63,635 nt of DNA, from the NCBI GenBank assembly GCA_964548815.1, contig CAZJSD010000001.1, forward strand, positions 1 through 63,635, written 5' to 3'. Below the pieces are notes generated by a model, which did no database searches, was not told the DNA's origin, and was given only the letters and a program-made list of their open reading frames with translations. Position numbers and translations under genes: made by a program. The DNA comes from an uncultured Muribaculaceae bacterium. GTDB taxonomy: Bacteria; Bacillota_I; Bacilli_A; RF39; UBA660. Positions 1 through 9,983 of this stretch are shown in pieces (position 1 is the stretch's first letter; each line of letters starts with the position of its first letter).

Positions 1-68
1 ATATTTATATGTCTTTTTCAATGCTTGTTTGTTGCACTTCAGAAAAAAATTTTTCTTATAAAAAAACA

Positions 69-98
69 TTTACATTCTTTAAAATTATATGTTATAAT
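69..98 (+). promoter_or_regulatory. candidate sigma-A promoter of the rimP-nusA-infB operon
   Basis: TTTACA (69-74), 18-nt spacer, TATAAT (93-98), about 60 nt upstream of the rimP ATG. Confidence 0.35.
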
Positions 99-160
99 TG
101 TCATTGACAACGAAGAGTGTGGTAATCCACACTCTTTATGTTATAAATGGAGGAATTTTT

Positions 161-406
161 ATGCTTAGTAAAATTCAAAAACTAATTGAAGAACCATTAA
201 TGAAAGAAAATATCAAGGTTCTAGATGTACATTTTGAAGAAGAAGATGGTGTTAAGAATTTAATGATTATTATAGATAAAATGCCATATGTAGATTTAGA
301 TACTTGTGTTTTAGCAACTCATATTATTAATCCAATACTAGATGAAGCTGATCTTATTGAAGAAAGTTATGTTTTAAATGTATGTTCGAAAGGAGTAGAG
401 GAATAA
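161..406 (+). CDS. rimP: short RimP-like ribosome maturation factor (N-terminal domain only, 81 aa)
   Basis: ATG at 161 with GGAGG RBS (149-153); the ORF-track start at 98 is an upstream extension. Sits directly before nusA. ...ESYVLNVCSKG resembles the RimP YxLEVSSPG motif. Stop overlaps the nusA start (TAATG). Confidence 0.55.
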   Translation: MLSKIQKLIEEPLMKENIKVLDVHFEEEDGVKNLMIIIDKMPYVDLDTCVLATHIINPILDEADLIEESYVLNVCSKGVEE

Positions 407-1488
407 TGAAACCAGAAGAATTAATAAAGGCAATTAAAGTATTGTCTGAAGAAAAGAATATACCAGAAGATGATTTATTTGAATATTTAGAAGCAGCATT
501 AAATGCAGCTTATAAAAGAAATTATGGTGCGACTAATAGTAAAGTAGTTATTAATAAAGATACAGGAGAAGTAAAAGTATTTTCATATAAAGTAATAGTA
601 GATGAAATAAATATGGAAGAAGAAGAAGACGCACAAGTATTATTAGAAGAAGTAAAAGATAATAAAGATTTAAAAGTAGGAGATACTATAGAAGAAGAAG
701 TAACTCCAAAAGACTTTGGTAGAGTAGCCGCTGCTACTGCTAAACAAGTATTAATACAAAAAGTAAGAGAAGCTGAAAGAAATAGTATAATGGATGAATT
801 TAAAGATAAAGAAGGAGAATTATTAATTGGAACTCTATCAAGAGAAGATAAACAAAATTATTATGTGGATTTTGGTAGAGCTAGTGGAATATTACCTAAA
901 AAGGATGTTATTCCTGGTGAAGAATTAGAAATGGGTTCTCAAGTAAAAGTATATGTTACTAAAATTGAAGAAGGTCAAAAAGGTGGACCAGTTATAATCT
1001 TATCTAGAACTCATTATGGATTAGTAAAAAGATTATTAGAATCAGAAATACCAGAATTTGCCGAAGGAATAATTATGCTTTATAGTGTAGCTAGAGATCC
1101 AGGTAGTAGAAGTAAAATAGCTGTTTATTCAGAAAATGAAAAAGTAGATGCAGTAGGTGCATGTATTGGAGAAAAAGGTGTTAGAATTAATAATATCTCA
1201 AAAGAACTTAATGGTGAAAAAATAGATGTAGTAAGATATGATAAAGATTTAATTACATTTATTAAGAATGCATTAAGTCCAGCTAAAGATGTAGATGTTT
1301 ATATGATAGATCAAAAAGATAAACATGCAGTTGCGGTTGCTGAAGGAGATAATCTATCGCTAGCAATAGGTAGAAATGGTCAAAATGTTAAATTAGCAGC
1401 AAAACTAACTAAGTGTAAAATAGATGTTAAAACACTTGTGCAAGTACAAGAAGAAGGAATAAATATTTATAAATATTATGAAGCATAA
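406..1488 (+). CDS. nusA: transcription termination/antitermination factor NusA
   Basis: MKPEELIKAIKVLSEEKNI N-terminus, S1 and two KH-like segments (GACIGEKGVRI, AIGRNGQNVKLA); conserved rimP-nusA-ylxR-infB order. Confidence 0.95.
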   Translation: MKPEELIKAIKVLSEEKNIPEDDLFEYLEAALNAAYKRNYGATNSKVVINKDTGEVKVFSYKVIVDEINMEEEEDAQVLLEEVKDNKDLKVGDTIEEEVTPKDFGRVAAATAKQVLIQKVREAERNSIMDEFKDKEGELLIGTLSREDKQNYYVDFGRASGILPKKDVIPGEELEMGSQVKVYVTKIEEGQKGGPVIILSRTHYGLVKRLLESEIPEFAEGIIMLYSVARDPGSRSKIAVYSENEKVDAVGACIGEKGVRINNISKELNGEKIDVVRYDKDLITFIKNALSPAKDVDVYMIDQKDKHAVAVAEGDNLSLAIGRNGQNVKLAAKLTKCKIDVKTLVQVQEEGINIYKYYEA

Positions 1489-1497
1489 GGAGGACTT

Positions 1498-1761
1498 ATG
1501 AAAGAAAGAAAAGTTCCATTAAGAACATGTGTAGTAACAAAAGAAAAATTAGAAAAGAAAGATTTACTTAGAGTTGTTAAAAATAATGAAGGAAATGTAT
1601 TTGTTGATGAAACAGGTAAAGCTAATGGTAGAGGAGCTTATATAAAGAAAAACGTTGATACTTTAGAAAAAGCAATTAAAACAAAGGCATTAGATAGACA
1701 TTTAGAAACAACTATTAGTGATGAAGTATATGAAGAAATAAGAAAAATAATAGAAAGATAG
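1498..1761 (+). CDS. ylxR: YlxR/RnpM family (DUF448) RNA-binding protein
   Basis: [10 protein letters not shown] ... GRGAYI motifs and position between nusA and infB. Confidence 0.85.
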   Translation: MKERKVPLRTCVVTKEKLEKKDLLRVVKNNEGNVFVDETGKANGRGAYIKKNVDTLEKAIKTKALDRHLETTISDEVYEEIRKIIER

Positions 1762-1771
1762 AGGTGATATT

Positions 1772-3916
1772 ATGGAGATGAGTGTTAGAGAATACTCAGA
1801 AGACATTAATCAAAGTATTGAAACAATTATTGCAAAGGCAAAAGAATTAGGATATGACATTAATAATGAAGAAGATATTTTAAGTGAAGATGCAATAATT
1901 GACTTAGATACTGCACTTACTATGAATGTACAAGAAGAAGAGAATGATACAGTATATATAGATGAAGAAAGTGAAGAAAAAGATTATGATTTAGAAGAAG
2001 AACTAGAAGAAAAAGCAGAAGAATTAGCATCGGCATCAAATCTTAAAGATACTGTTAAAGTAAAACAATCAAATAAGAAGAAAATCGATAATAAAGAAGA
2101 TATAAATGCTAAGAAAAAAGAAATGTATAAAAATAAAAAACAATTACAAGAAAATACAGTAGAAGAAGATAAGAATGTAATTGTTTATGAAGATGGTATG
2201 ACAGTTTCATCTTTAGCAGAAAAATTAGAAGTTCCAGCAACTGAAGTTATTAAGAAATTAATGAGTTTAGGAGTAATGGCAAGTTTAAATAATACTATTT
2301 CTTTTGAAAATGCTGAAATGGTTGTTATTGATTACGATAAGACATTAAAGAGTTTTGAAACTCAAGATAAAGTTAATTTTGAAAAATTAGAAATAAATGA
2401 TGATCCAAAAGATCTAGTTGAAAGAGCGCCAGTTGTAACTATTATGGGACATGTTGACCATGGTAAAACATCTCTTTTAGACTATATTAGACATAGTAGA
2501 GTTACAGAAGGAGAATTTGGAGGAATTACACAACATATTGGAGCTTATCAAACAGAATGTAATGGAAAAAAGATTACATTTATAGATACTCCTGGACATG
2601 CTGCATTTACTGAGATGAGAGCAAGAGGAGCATCTATTACAGATATAGTTATTATAATAGTTGCGGCTGATGATGGAGTTATGCCTCAAACTATAGAAGC
2701 AATAGATCATGCTAAAGCTGCTAATGTACCAATAATTGTTGCGATTAATAAGATTGATAAACCAGGTGCAGATCCAGAAAAGGTAATAGCGGCTGTATCA
2801 GAACATGGTTTAATCCCAGAAGAATGGGGTGGAGATACTATATATGCTAAAATCAGTGCTAAAACTGGTGAAGGTGTAGATAAATTATTAGAAAGTATAC
2901 TATTAGTATCAGAAATGTCTGAATTAAAAGCTAATCCAAATAGATATGCATTAGGAACAGTAATTGAATCTAAATTAGATAAATCTATGGGTTCAACAGT
3001 TACATTACTTGTTCAAAATGGTACTTTAAGATTAGGAGATCCAATAGTAGTAGGATATACTTATGGTAAAGTAAGAACTCTTAAAAATGATTTAGGAGAA
3101 GAAGTAGTAGAAGCACTCCCTAGTACACCTGTTGAAATAACTGGACTTAATGAAGTACCAGAAGCTGGTGATAGATTTATGGCTTATTCTAATGAAAAAG
3201 AAGCAAGAACTATCGCTGATAATAGAAAAGAACAAGCTAAATTAAAGAAGAATAAGAATAATTCTGCTCCAACACTAGATGATATCTTTAATAGAATTAA
3301 AGAAGGAGCAAAAGAAATAAATGTAGTTCTTAAAACAGATGTTACAGGTACTGAAGAAGCAGTTAAAAATGCATTAGAAAAAGTACAAGTAGAAGATGTA
3401 AGGGTAAAAGTAATTAGATCATCAGTAGGAGCAGTTACTGAAAGTGATATAGTACTTGCGTCAGCGTCTAATGCAATTGTAATTGGTTTTAATGTTAGAC
3501 CAAATGCAAAAACTATAGAAACAGCTAAAGAATATAATGTAGAAATAAGATTATATAACGTAATTTATAAATTAGTAGAAGAATTAGAGGATGCTATGAA
3601 AGGTATGCTTGATCCAGAATTTGAAGAAAAAACATTAGGGCAAGCAGAAGTAAGACAATTATTTAAATTCTCTAAGGTTGGAACTATCGCAGGATGTATG
3701 ATTATTGATGGTGTTGTTAAGAGTAATGCTAAAGCTAGAATAATTAGAGACGGTGTAGTTATTTATGATGGTGCAATTAATACTCTTCAAAGAGAAAAAG
3801 ATCAAGTAAAAGAGGTTAAAAAGGGATTTGAGTGTGGTATAACTATAGAAAAGTTTAATGACATTAAACCTCAAGATATAATTGAGGCATATGAAGTAGT
3901 AGAAATAAAAAGATAG
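1772..3916 (+). CDS. infB: translation initiation factor IF-2
   Basis: GTPase motifs [21 protein letters not shown]; acidic/lysine-rich N-terminal region; RBS AGAGGTG. Confidence 0.97.
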   Translation: MEMSVREYSEDINQSIETIIAKAKELGYDINNEEDILSEDAIIDLDTALTMNVQEEENDTVYIDEESEEKDYDLEEELEEKAEELASASNLKDTVKVKQSNKKKIDNKEDINAKKKEMYKNKKQLQENTVEEDKNVIVYEDGMTVSSLAEKLEVPATEVIKKLMSLGVMASLNNTISFENAEMVVIDYDKTLKSFETQDKVNFEKLEINDDPKDLVERAPVVTIMGHVDHGKTSLLDYIRHSRVTEGEFGGITQHIGAYQTECNGKKITFIDTPGHAAFTEMRARGASITDIVIIIVAADDGVMPQTIEAIDHAKAANVPIIVAINKIDKPGADPEKVIAAVSEHGLIPEEWGGDTIYAKISAKTGEGVDKLLESILLVSEMSELKANPNRYALGTVIESKLDKSMGSTVTLLVQNGTLRLGDPIVVGYTYGKVRTLKNDLGEEVVEALPSTPVEITGLNEVPEAGDRFMAYSNEKEARTIADNRKEQAKLKKNKNNSAPTLDDIFNRIKEGAKEINVVLKTDVTGTEEAVKNALEKVQVEDVRVKVIRSSVGAVTESDIVLASASNAIVIGFNVRPNAKTIETAKEYNVEIRLYNVIYKLVEELEDAMKGMLDPEFEEKTLGQAEVRQLFKFSKVGTIAGCMIIDGVVKSNAKARIIRDGVVIYDGAINTLQREKDQVKEVKKGFECGITIEKFNDIKPQDIIEAYEVVEIKR

Positions 3917-3933
3917 TTTAGGGGGAATATAAT

Positions 3934-4482
3934 ATGGATATGAAGTTACTCGCATTATCTGAACACGAAGATTTGCTAAGTGCTTTAGATTACGAAATAA
4001 ATTGTCCATTAGAAGATTTAACTATTAAAACAGATGATGGTTATCCAAAAGCAGATATTATTTATCAAAATAGATTTGTTGGGGATATAGGTCTAGAAGA
4101 AAGAAATTTATTTTATTTATATAGAGATAATAGATTTGTAGGTAATAAGGATTTATCAACAATTAATTATAGTAAAAGAAAAAGTAAAAATATTAGAACT
4201 TTAGTTCATACAAGATTATTTCATGGTGATTTAAAGATTAATTGTTTTAACATGTTACACAATGTTAATAGAGTAGATGATGTTGATAGAGATTTTATAT
4301 GTTTATCTGATTTATATAATATAATGATATCTAAGTATTTAGATAAAGACTATATAGAAATAGTTAGTTTATTAGAAAATGTACCTAATGATGAAATATT
4401 AGATAAATTAAGAGAAAAACAAAAAAATAAATCACTTACTTATAAACTTGAAGGAGTGAATTTAGATGAGTATAAAGACTGA
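3934..4482 (+). CDS. hypothetical protein (182 aa) inside the infB-rbfA operon
   Basis: Long ORF with GGGGGA RBS. Its 3' end overlaps the rbfA start. No motif recognised. Confidence 0.6.
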   Translation: MDMKLLALSEHEDLLSALDYEINCPLEDLTIKTDDGYPKADIIYQNRFVGDIGLEERNLFYLYRDNRFVGNKDLSTINYSKRKSKNIRTLVHTRLFHGDLKINCFNMLHNVNRVDDVDRDFICLSDLYNIMISKYLDKDYIEIVSLLENVPNDEILDKLREKQKNKSLTYKLEGVNLDEYKD

Positions 4483-4810
4483 AAGATTAGGAAATGTTTT
4501 ACATAAAGAGATAAGTCAAATATTGATGAGTGAAATAAAGGATGAAGATTTAAAATTTGTTACTATAACAAAGGTAGATCTATCAAGTGATTTATCATAT
4601 GCAAAGGTATATTTTACTTGTTTTAATCAAGATAATAAGGATAAGGTAATAAAAGATATTAATAAAGCTAGTAGATTTATTAGATCAGAATTATTAAGAA
4701 GAAAAATAGAAATAAGAAATATGCCTGAATTAAACTTTGTATATGATGATTCTATTGAATATGGAAATAAAATAGAGTCAATAATTGAAAAAATACATGA
4801 AGAGAAATAG
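4466..4810 (+). CDS. rbfA: ribosome-binding factor A
   Basis: RLGNVLHKEISQIL... typical RbfA N-terminus, ~114 aa, located after infB. Confidence 0.9.
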   Translation: MSIKTERLGNVLHKEISQILMSEIKDEDLKFVTITKVDLSSDLSYAKVYFTCFNQDNKDKVIKDINKASRFIRSELLRRKIEIRNMPELNFVYDDSIEYGNKIESIIEKIHEEK

Positions 4811-4825
4811 TTATTTCTCTTTTTT
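4801..4825 (+). terminator. rho-independent terminator after rbfA
   Basis: AGAGAAATA/TATTTCTCT stem followed by T5. Confidence 0.75.
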
Positions 4826-4884
4826 CTTGCCAAAATCAATGATTATAATATATAATGTAATTAATAATAGAAGAGGGTGTTAAT

Positions 4885-5859
4885 ATGGATTTGCTTAAAA
4901 ATTTAGGTATATCCTATAGAGGCGATTATATTACTCAAGGAAGTATTAATGATAAGAGTAAAAAATCAGCACAATTAAATATTAATAATACTGAATTTAT
5001 GGTAAGAGATGATGGAAAAGATAATGACTTTTCTAATGTATCAAATATTTATGATGGTAATGTGATTTTTCATTTGCCTACAATTAATGTAAGTCAGTCA
5101 AATTTAAAAGAAGTAAAAGATACTATATTAGAACTAATGAAGAATAATATTAGTTTATTAACTATTGATGCCTCAACTCTATTATATGAAACATTTGACT
5201 GGTCTACATCAGAAGAACAACAAAACTATTTAAAGAATATGGCAAAGGGTATTGCGGCACTCGCATCAAATAATATTCCTATTGCTATTGAAAATACTGG
5301 ATTAGATAAAAACAATCCATTATTTGGAAAAACAATCACTAATATCTCAGATTTGTTAGTATATTCAAGAAATGCCCTGGTAGAACAATATGATTTTACT
5401 AGAGAAAAAGCTAATTCAATAATAGGTATTTCTTTAAATATAGGAAATATCATGAAAACTAGTGAAATAGTTGATTTAGGTGGTTGGTTTAAAGTATTTT
5501 ATAATGATATAAGATGTGTAAAAGTAAAAAATATAGATAATACTATTCCTTTATTTAATCAGCTACTAGATATATTAATTAACAATAATATTGATATACC
5601 TATATTATTGGAAACTAAAGATGAAATAGAAGCAATTGTTAATTCTTATAAAAAATTTGAATATTTAGTAAAAAATAAAATAGAAGGAAAACCAATGAAT
5701 CTTGATGGTTATCAAAATATAATTAATTCAAGATATAATGAATATAACTATAATTTTAATAGTGCACAAAGCGGTTATACTAACGCTGTAATTATATGTA
5801 TGATACTATGTACAGCCATCGCAGCAGTACTAATGGTTATGATTAAAATGAAGCACTGA
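4885..5859 (+). CDS. hypothetical protein with C-terminal TM anchor
   Basis: 324-aa ORF with AGAGGGTG RBS and a hydrophobic tail (AVIICMILCTAIAAVLMVMI). Weak IAIENTG-type resemblance to xylose-isomerase-like TIM barrels only. Confidence 0.6.
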   Translation: MDLLKNLGISYRGDYITQGSINDKSKKSAQLNINNTEFMVRDDGKDNDFSNVSNIYDGNVIFHLPTINVSQSNLKEVKDTILELMKNNISLLTIDASTLLYETFDWSTSEEQQNYLKNMAKGIAALASNNIPIAIENTGLDKNNPLFGKTITNISDLLVYSRNALVEQYDFTREKANSIIGISLNIGNIMKTSEIVDLGGWFKVFYNDIRCVKVKNIDNTIPLFNQLLDILINNNIDIPILLETKDEIEAIVNSYKKFEYLVKNKIEGKPMNLDGYQNIINSRYNEYNYNFNSAQSGYTNAVIICMILCTAIAAVLMVMIKMKH

Positions 5860-5932
5860 AAATTTGACTTTTTAGGCTTTTTATGGTAAAATTAACATGC
5901 CTTTTCAAAGAGGGCGAATGAGGTGAAAACAA

Positions 5933-6487
5933 GTGAAATTAGGTCAAATAGCTAATAAAAAAGTAATTTCAACGTTTGTATGTTGTATGACATTTCTATT
6001 AGTTTTATATTGTACTTTATCACAAGTTAATATAGACAACAAGAGATTACAAGCATCTATAGCAGAGGCAAAAATTGAAAAAGTAGAAGAAACTATTATA
6101 GATTCAAATACAGCTTTATTAAAAGAAGCAAATTTATCAAAAATAAATTATGTTACAGTAGGTGCATATGATAGGGTTATATTACAATATTCAGCAGAAT
6201 ATAATTATTCTAGTAACCCATTAACTCAATCAAAAGGTGCATTATACTTTGATGGACATAAGGAAACATATTATTCACAAAGAGTTCTTCCAGGTAATTC
6301 ATTAGCAATTCCAGGAAGACACGTCGCGGATGATGGTACTGTAAGAGACGCAGAAGGATATATTTGTGTTGCGACAGACTATTCTTATATGCCATATGGG
6401 TCAACTTTGATGACATCAAAAGGTCCTGCAAAGGTATATGATACTGGTTGTGCATACGGTACAGTAGATTTATACGTAGACTGGTAA
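5933..6487 (+). CDS. secreted/anchored 3D-domain-like cell-wall protein
   Basis: GTG start with GAGGTGA RBS; N-terminal hydrophobic anchor; C-terminus ...CVATDYSYMPYGSTL...VYDTGCAYGTVDLYVDW resembles 3D (MltA/Rpf-associated) domains. Confidence 0.7.
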   Translation: MKLGQIANKKVISTFVCCMTFLLVLYCTLSQVNIDNKRLQASIAEAKIEKVEETIIDSNTALLKEANLSKINYVTVGAYDRVILQYSAEYNYSSNPLTQSKGALYFDGHKETYYSQRVLPGNSLAIPGRHVADDGTVRDAEGYICVATDYSYMPYGSTLMTSKGPAKVYDTGCAYGTVDLYVDW

Positions 6488-6512
6488 GAACAAGTTTAAC
6501 TTGTTCTTTTTT
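6486..6512 (+). terminator. rho-independent terminator
   Basis: AAGAACAAGT-TTA-ACTTGTTCTT stem-loop plus T-run. Confidence 0.85.
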
Positions 6513-6538
6513 GTGGTATAATTTTTGTAGGTGATTTT

Positions 6539-7387
6539 ATGGATGGAATTTTACTTATAAATAAAGAAGAAGGTATGACTAGTAGAGATGTAGTTAATAA
6601 GGTATGTCACCTTCTAAATACTAAGAAAGTAGGTCATACAGGTACACTTGATCCTATGGCAACAGGAGTATTAGTACTTGCAATTAATAAAGGATTAAAA
6701 ATAGTTGATGAAATAGTTTCATTAGATAAAGAGTATGAAGCAGAAGTCACTTTAGGTATTAATACTGATACTTTAGATATTACAGGAAAAGTACTAGATA
6801 AAAAAGAAGTTAATGTTACTAATGAAGATATAGATAGGGTACTTAGTTCTTTTATAGGTGATTATAATATGGAAGTACCAATTTACAGCGCTATTAAAGT
6901 TAATGGAAAGAAACTTTATGAATATGCAAGAAATAATGAAGAAGTAGAATTACCAATAAATAAAGTTAAAGTATATGAACTTAAAAGAATAAGTGATATT
7001 AAAGATAATAGATTTAGTATTAAATGTAAGGTTAGTAAAGGTACTTATATAAGAAGTTTAGTTAGAGATATATCTAAAAACTTAGGTTCTGTAGGTGTTA
7101 TGAGTAAGCTTTGTAGAATTAAACAAGGTAAATTTGATATTAAGGATTGTTACACTATAAAAGATATAGAAGAAGGTAATTATAAATTATTAAGTATAAA
7201 AGAGGTACTTGATTTACCTATAGAAGAGGTACCTGATAATATATATAAAAAAGTAGTAAATGGTAATAAAATAGAAAATAACTATTCTTATGATAAATTT
7301 ATATTTAAAAAAGATAATAAATTAATTGCGATTTATACTGTAGATGAAGATTCTACTTTACTAAAACCTTTACACATGTTTATTTAA
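6539..7387 (+). CDS. truB: tRNA pseudouridine(55) synthase TruB
   Basis: GILLINKEEGMTS ... GHTGTLDPMATG catalytic Asp motif. Confidence 0.93.
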   Translation: MDGILLINKEEGMTSRDVVNKVCHLLNTKKVGHTGTLDPMATGVLVLAINKGLKIVDEIVSLDKEYEAEVTLGINTDTLDITGKVLDKKEVNVTNEDIDRVLSSFIGDYNMEVPIYSAIKVNGKKLYEYARNNEEVELPINKVKVYELKRISDIKDNRFSIKCKVSKGTYIRSLVRDISKNLGSVGVMSKLCRIKQGKFDIKDCYTIKDIEEGNYKLLSIKEVLDLPIEEVPDNIYKKVVNGNKIENNYSYDKFIFKKDNKLIAIYTVDEDSTLLKPLHMFI

Positions 7388-7406
7388 ATAATAGACATGT
7401 GTTTTT
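7372..7406 (+). terminator. rho-independent terminator after truB
   Basis: ACACATGT / ACATGTGT stem with T4 tail. Confidence 0.6.
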
Positions 7407-7436
7407 AATAGGTATATAATTAGTATAGGTGATAGT

Positions 7437-7751
7437 ATGTATATTGATTTAGTAGTATTAGTAATACTAATTATACTAGTAGTTTATTTTATTAGAAATT
7501 TTTCATCTGTTGTATATTTGTTATGCGCAATGGATATATTATATAGATTATTACATTTTGTTTCAGAGAATACTAATGTACCAGAATTATCTGCTTTGAT
7601 AGATAAATATATTCCAGTTAGTTTATTAGGTATGTTTGGTAATTATGTTGGAACTGAAGGAATATTATTTATAATAATAAAATGGATTATTTTTGTACTT
7701 TATTGTATATTCTTATTCTTTATAGTTAGAACTATAGTAAAAAGAAAATAA
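7437..7751 (+). CDS. small integral membrane protein (104 aa)
   Basis: Three hydrophobic segments; AGGTGA RBS. Confidence 0.55.
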   Translation: MYIDLVVLVILIILVVYFIRNFSSVVYLLCAMDILYRLLHFVSENTNVPELSALIDKYIPVSLLGMFGNYVGTEGILFIIIKWIIFVLYCIFLFFIVRTIVKRK

Positions 7752-7765
7752 TTATTTGAAAAATG

Positions 7766-7789
7766 AAAAAGGTAATTAATTACCTTTTT
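7766..7789. terminator. bidirectional terminator between convergent genes
   Basis: AAAAAGGTAATTAATTACCTTTTT, a perfect palindrome flanked by A- and T-runs. Confidence 0.75.
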
Positions 7790-8565
7790 ATTTTTTTTGA
7801 AATTATTTCAATAGTTAAATATAATATAATAGTTAATATTATTAATAATGTAATACCAGTTAATACTAAATTCATATTAAAAATTTGAGAACCATAATTT
7901 ATTAAATAACCAATTCCTTTTTTAGATACTAAAAATTCTCCCATAATTACTCCAACAAAGCACATACTAATATTTACTTTAAAAGAATCTATAATAAAAT
8001 TAATATTACTTGGAATAACTACTTTAAAAAAAATATCATATTTGTTGCCTCCCATAGTTTTAATAAGTTTAATTCTATTGATATCTGTACTTTTAAATGC
8101 AGAATTCATATTTAATATACTTATTATAGTTGAAATAAGAAGTGCCATAATAATAATTGAATTAGTATTCGCACCAAATAGTATTATTATTAATGGTCCA
8201 AGTGCTACTTTAGGTAGACTGTTAATAATAGTTAAATATGGATCAAGTATTTTTTCTAGTCTTTTGTTAAACCATAGAATACTTGATATTATAAAACCTA
8301 TTAAATTACCTAAAATAAAACTTATAATTATTTCTTCTAATGTAGTTAAAATATGAGTAAATAAATTATTTGTTTTATATAATTCAATTATAGTATTAAA
8401 TATTTTAGATGGAGATGATAATAAGAATGTATCAATAATTTTAAATTTAGATAATAATTCCCATATAATAATAATTGAAACTAATATCATTATTCTTGAG
8501 AGATTAATTATAAATTTATCTCTTTTTAATTTTTTTAAATATTTATCTCTTTCGTCACTTATCAT
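7780..8565 (-). CDS. ABC importer permease (NitT/TauT, SsuC-like)
   Basis: 261 aa, six TM segments, binding-protein-dependent transport signature region (LPKVALGPLIIILFG); follows the cognate ATPase. Confidence 0.85.
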   Translation of the reverse strand: MISDERDKYLKKLKRDKFIINLSRIMILVSIIIIWELLSKFKIIDTFLLSSPSKIFNTIIELYKTNNLFTHILTTLEEIIISFILGNLIGFIISSILWFNKRLEKILDPYLTIINSLPKVALGPLIIILFGANTNSIIIMALLISTIISILNMNSAFKSTDINRIKLIKTMGGNKYDIFFKVVIPSNINFIIDSFKVNISMCFVGVIMGEFLVSKKGIGYLINYGSQIFNMNLVLTGITLLIILTIILYLTIEIISKKIKR

Positions 8566-9295
8566 TATTTAAATCACTCCATATTTTTTTATAGTAATAC
8601 ATAAAATCATCATTTAAATTATCTATAATATCATCAAAGTCATAATTAATTTGATATATAGATTTAATACTTGAAGGAGCTTTTGATAATACTATTATTC
8701 TATTACATATTCTAATCGCTTCACCAATATCATGGGTAACTATAATTAATGTTTTATTTTCATTCTTTATAATCTCTTTAATATCTTTTGATATATTTAA
8801 TCTAGTTTGATAATCTAAAGCTGAAAATGGTTCATCTAATAGTAAAATATCTGGATTAATCGCAAGAGTTCTAATGAGCGCTGCTCTTTGTCTTTGTCCA
8901 CCAGATAAATCACTAGGATAACTATATATATAATTACCTAAACCATATTTAATTAATAAGTCTTTTGTTTTTTGTATATTTTCCTTTGTACATTTTCTTT
9001 GTACTTTTAAACCTAATAAACAATTATCTAATATAGTTAAGTAGGGCATTAGATAATCCTTTTGAAGCATATATCCTATTTTTAAATTATCTTTTTTTAT
9101 TATTTCTCCAGAACTATATTTTTCTAGATCTGCGATAATTGAAAGAAGAGTAGTTTTTCCCGCACCAGAAGGACCTATTATTCCTAGAAAATCTCCTTCA
9201 TTTACTTTCATATTTATATTATTTAAAGTAATAATTTCTTTTTCTTTGGTTTGATAATTTTTATATAGATTCTTTATTTCTAAAATAGTATTCAT
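8555..9295 (-). CDS. ABC importer ATP-binding protein
   Basis: Walker A GPSGAGKTT, signature LSGGQRQRAALIR, Walker B ILLLDEP. Start moved to MNTILEIKNL (9295), one nt after the SBP stop. Confidence 0.9.
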   Translation of the reverse strand: MNTILEIKNLYKNYQTKEKEIITLNNINMKVNEGDFLGIIGPSGAGKTTLLSIIADLEKYSSGEIIKKDNLKIGYMLQKDYLMPYLTILDNCLLGLKVQRKCTKENIQKTKDLLIKYGLGNYIYSYPSDLSGGQRQRAALIRTLAINPDILLLDEPFSALDYQTRLNISKDIKEIIKNENKTLIIVTHDIGEAIRICNRIIVLSKAPSSIKSIYQINYDFDDIIDNLNDDFMYYYKKIWSDLNNDK

Positions 9296-9296
9296 A

Positions 9297-9852
9297 TTAT
9301 TTAGAAAAACTAGTATCAACTAATTTTTTATATGGTACTTTTTTATTTGTAATGCCTGCTTCTATTACTATATCTTGCATATGATCAAATTCTTCTTTTG
9401 TTAATTTAGTATTATTGTTCCAAGCATCATTATCTTTATATCTTTTAATCATTTTTTCTAAATCGTTAATAGTCATATCTGGGAAAAACTCTACTAATTC
9501 TCCTGCTAATGTTTTATTATCAGTTTTCCACACATATTTTAATCCTTTATTAATTGCTTTAGTAAATTTATTAATTGTTTCAGGATTTTTATTAATATAA
9601 CTCTTTAAAGCGTTATAACTAGTATATGGAACTTTTCCTCCATATTCACCTAAATAACCTACAATATATCCTTTTCCTTCTTTTTCTATCATTGTTGCGT
9701 TAGGTTCAAATAAAGTTACATAATCACCAGTACCTGATATGAACGCTGATGCCATAGATGCAAATTCTACACTAGTATCTATAGTTACATTATCTAAATT
9801 AACTTTGTTTTCTTTTAATGTGTATTCTAGAGTCATTTCAGGCATACCACCT
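9297..9852 (-). pseudogene. 3' fragment of NMT1/THI5-type substrate-binding protein gene, cut by the ICE
   Basis: In-frame reading upstream of the ORF-track ATG gives stop-GG-MPEMTLEY. It continues the fragment at 46522-46983 across a shared CCT. Confidence 0.85.
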
Positions 9853-9855
9853 CAG

Positions 9856-9874
9856 CGATGTAAAAAGTTATAAT
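9856..9874. repeat. left terminal inverted repeat / attL ICE arm
   Basis: CGATGTAAAAAGTTATAAT compared with the reverse complement of 46521-46539 (CGACTACTAAAGTTATAAT). The distal 11-mer AAAGTTATAAT is identical and a proximal TCGnTG is shared. Confidence 0.7.
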
Positions 9875-9900
9875 ATTAAACATATTGAAAATAAAAGAAA

Positions 9901-9920
9901 GTAAGACACATTAACAATTA
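9901..9920. repeat. 20-bp perfect inverted-repeat partner of 44900-44919
   Basis: GTAAGACACATTAACAATTA is the exact reverse complement of 44900-44919. Confidence 0.95.
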
Positions 9921-9983
9921 GTTTTTAAGAAAAAATGATAATCTTTGATAAAACACTTCCTTTTAAGAGAGTGAGGTGAAAAT

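Noticed and set aside
9297-9845. Treating the 182-aa ORF as an intact small gene.
   Set aside because: It is the C-terminal half of a periplasmic-binding-protein fold with no signal peptide. Its ATG is simply the Met of ...GGMPEMTL..., and the missing half lies at 46522-46983.
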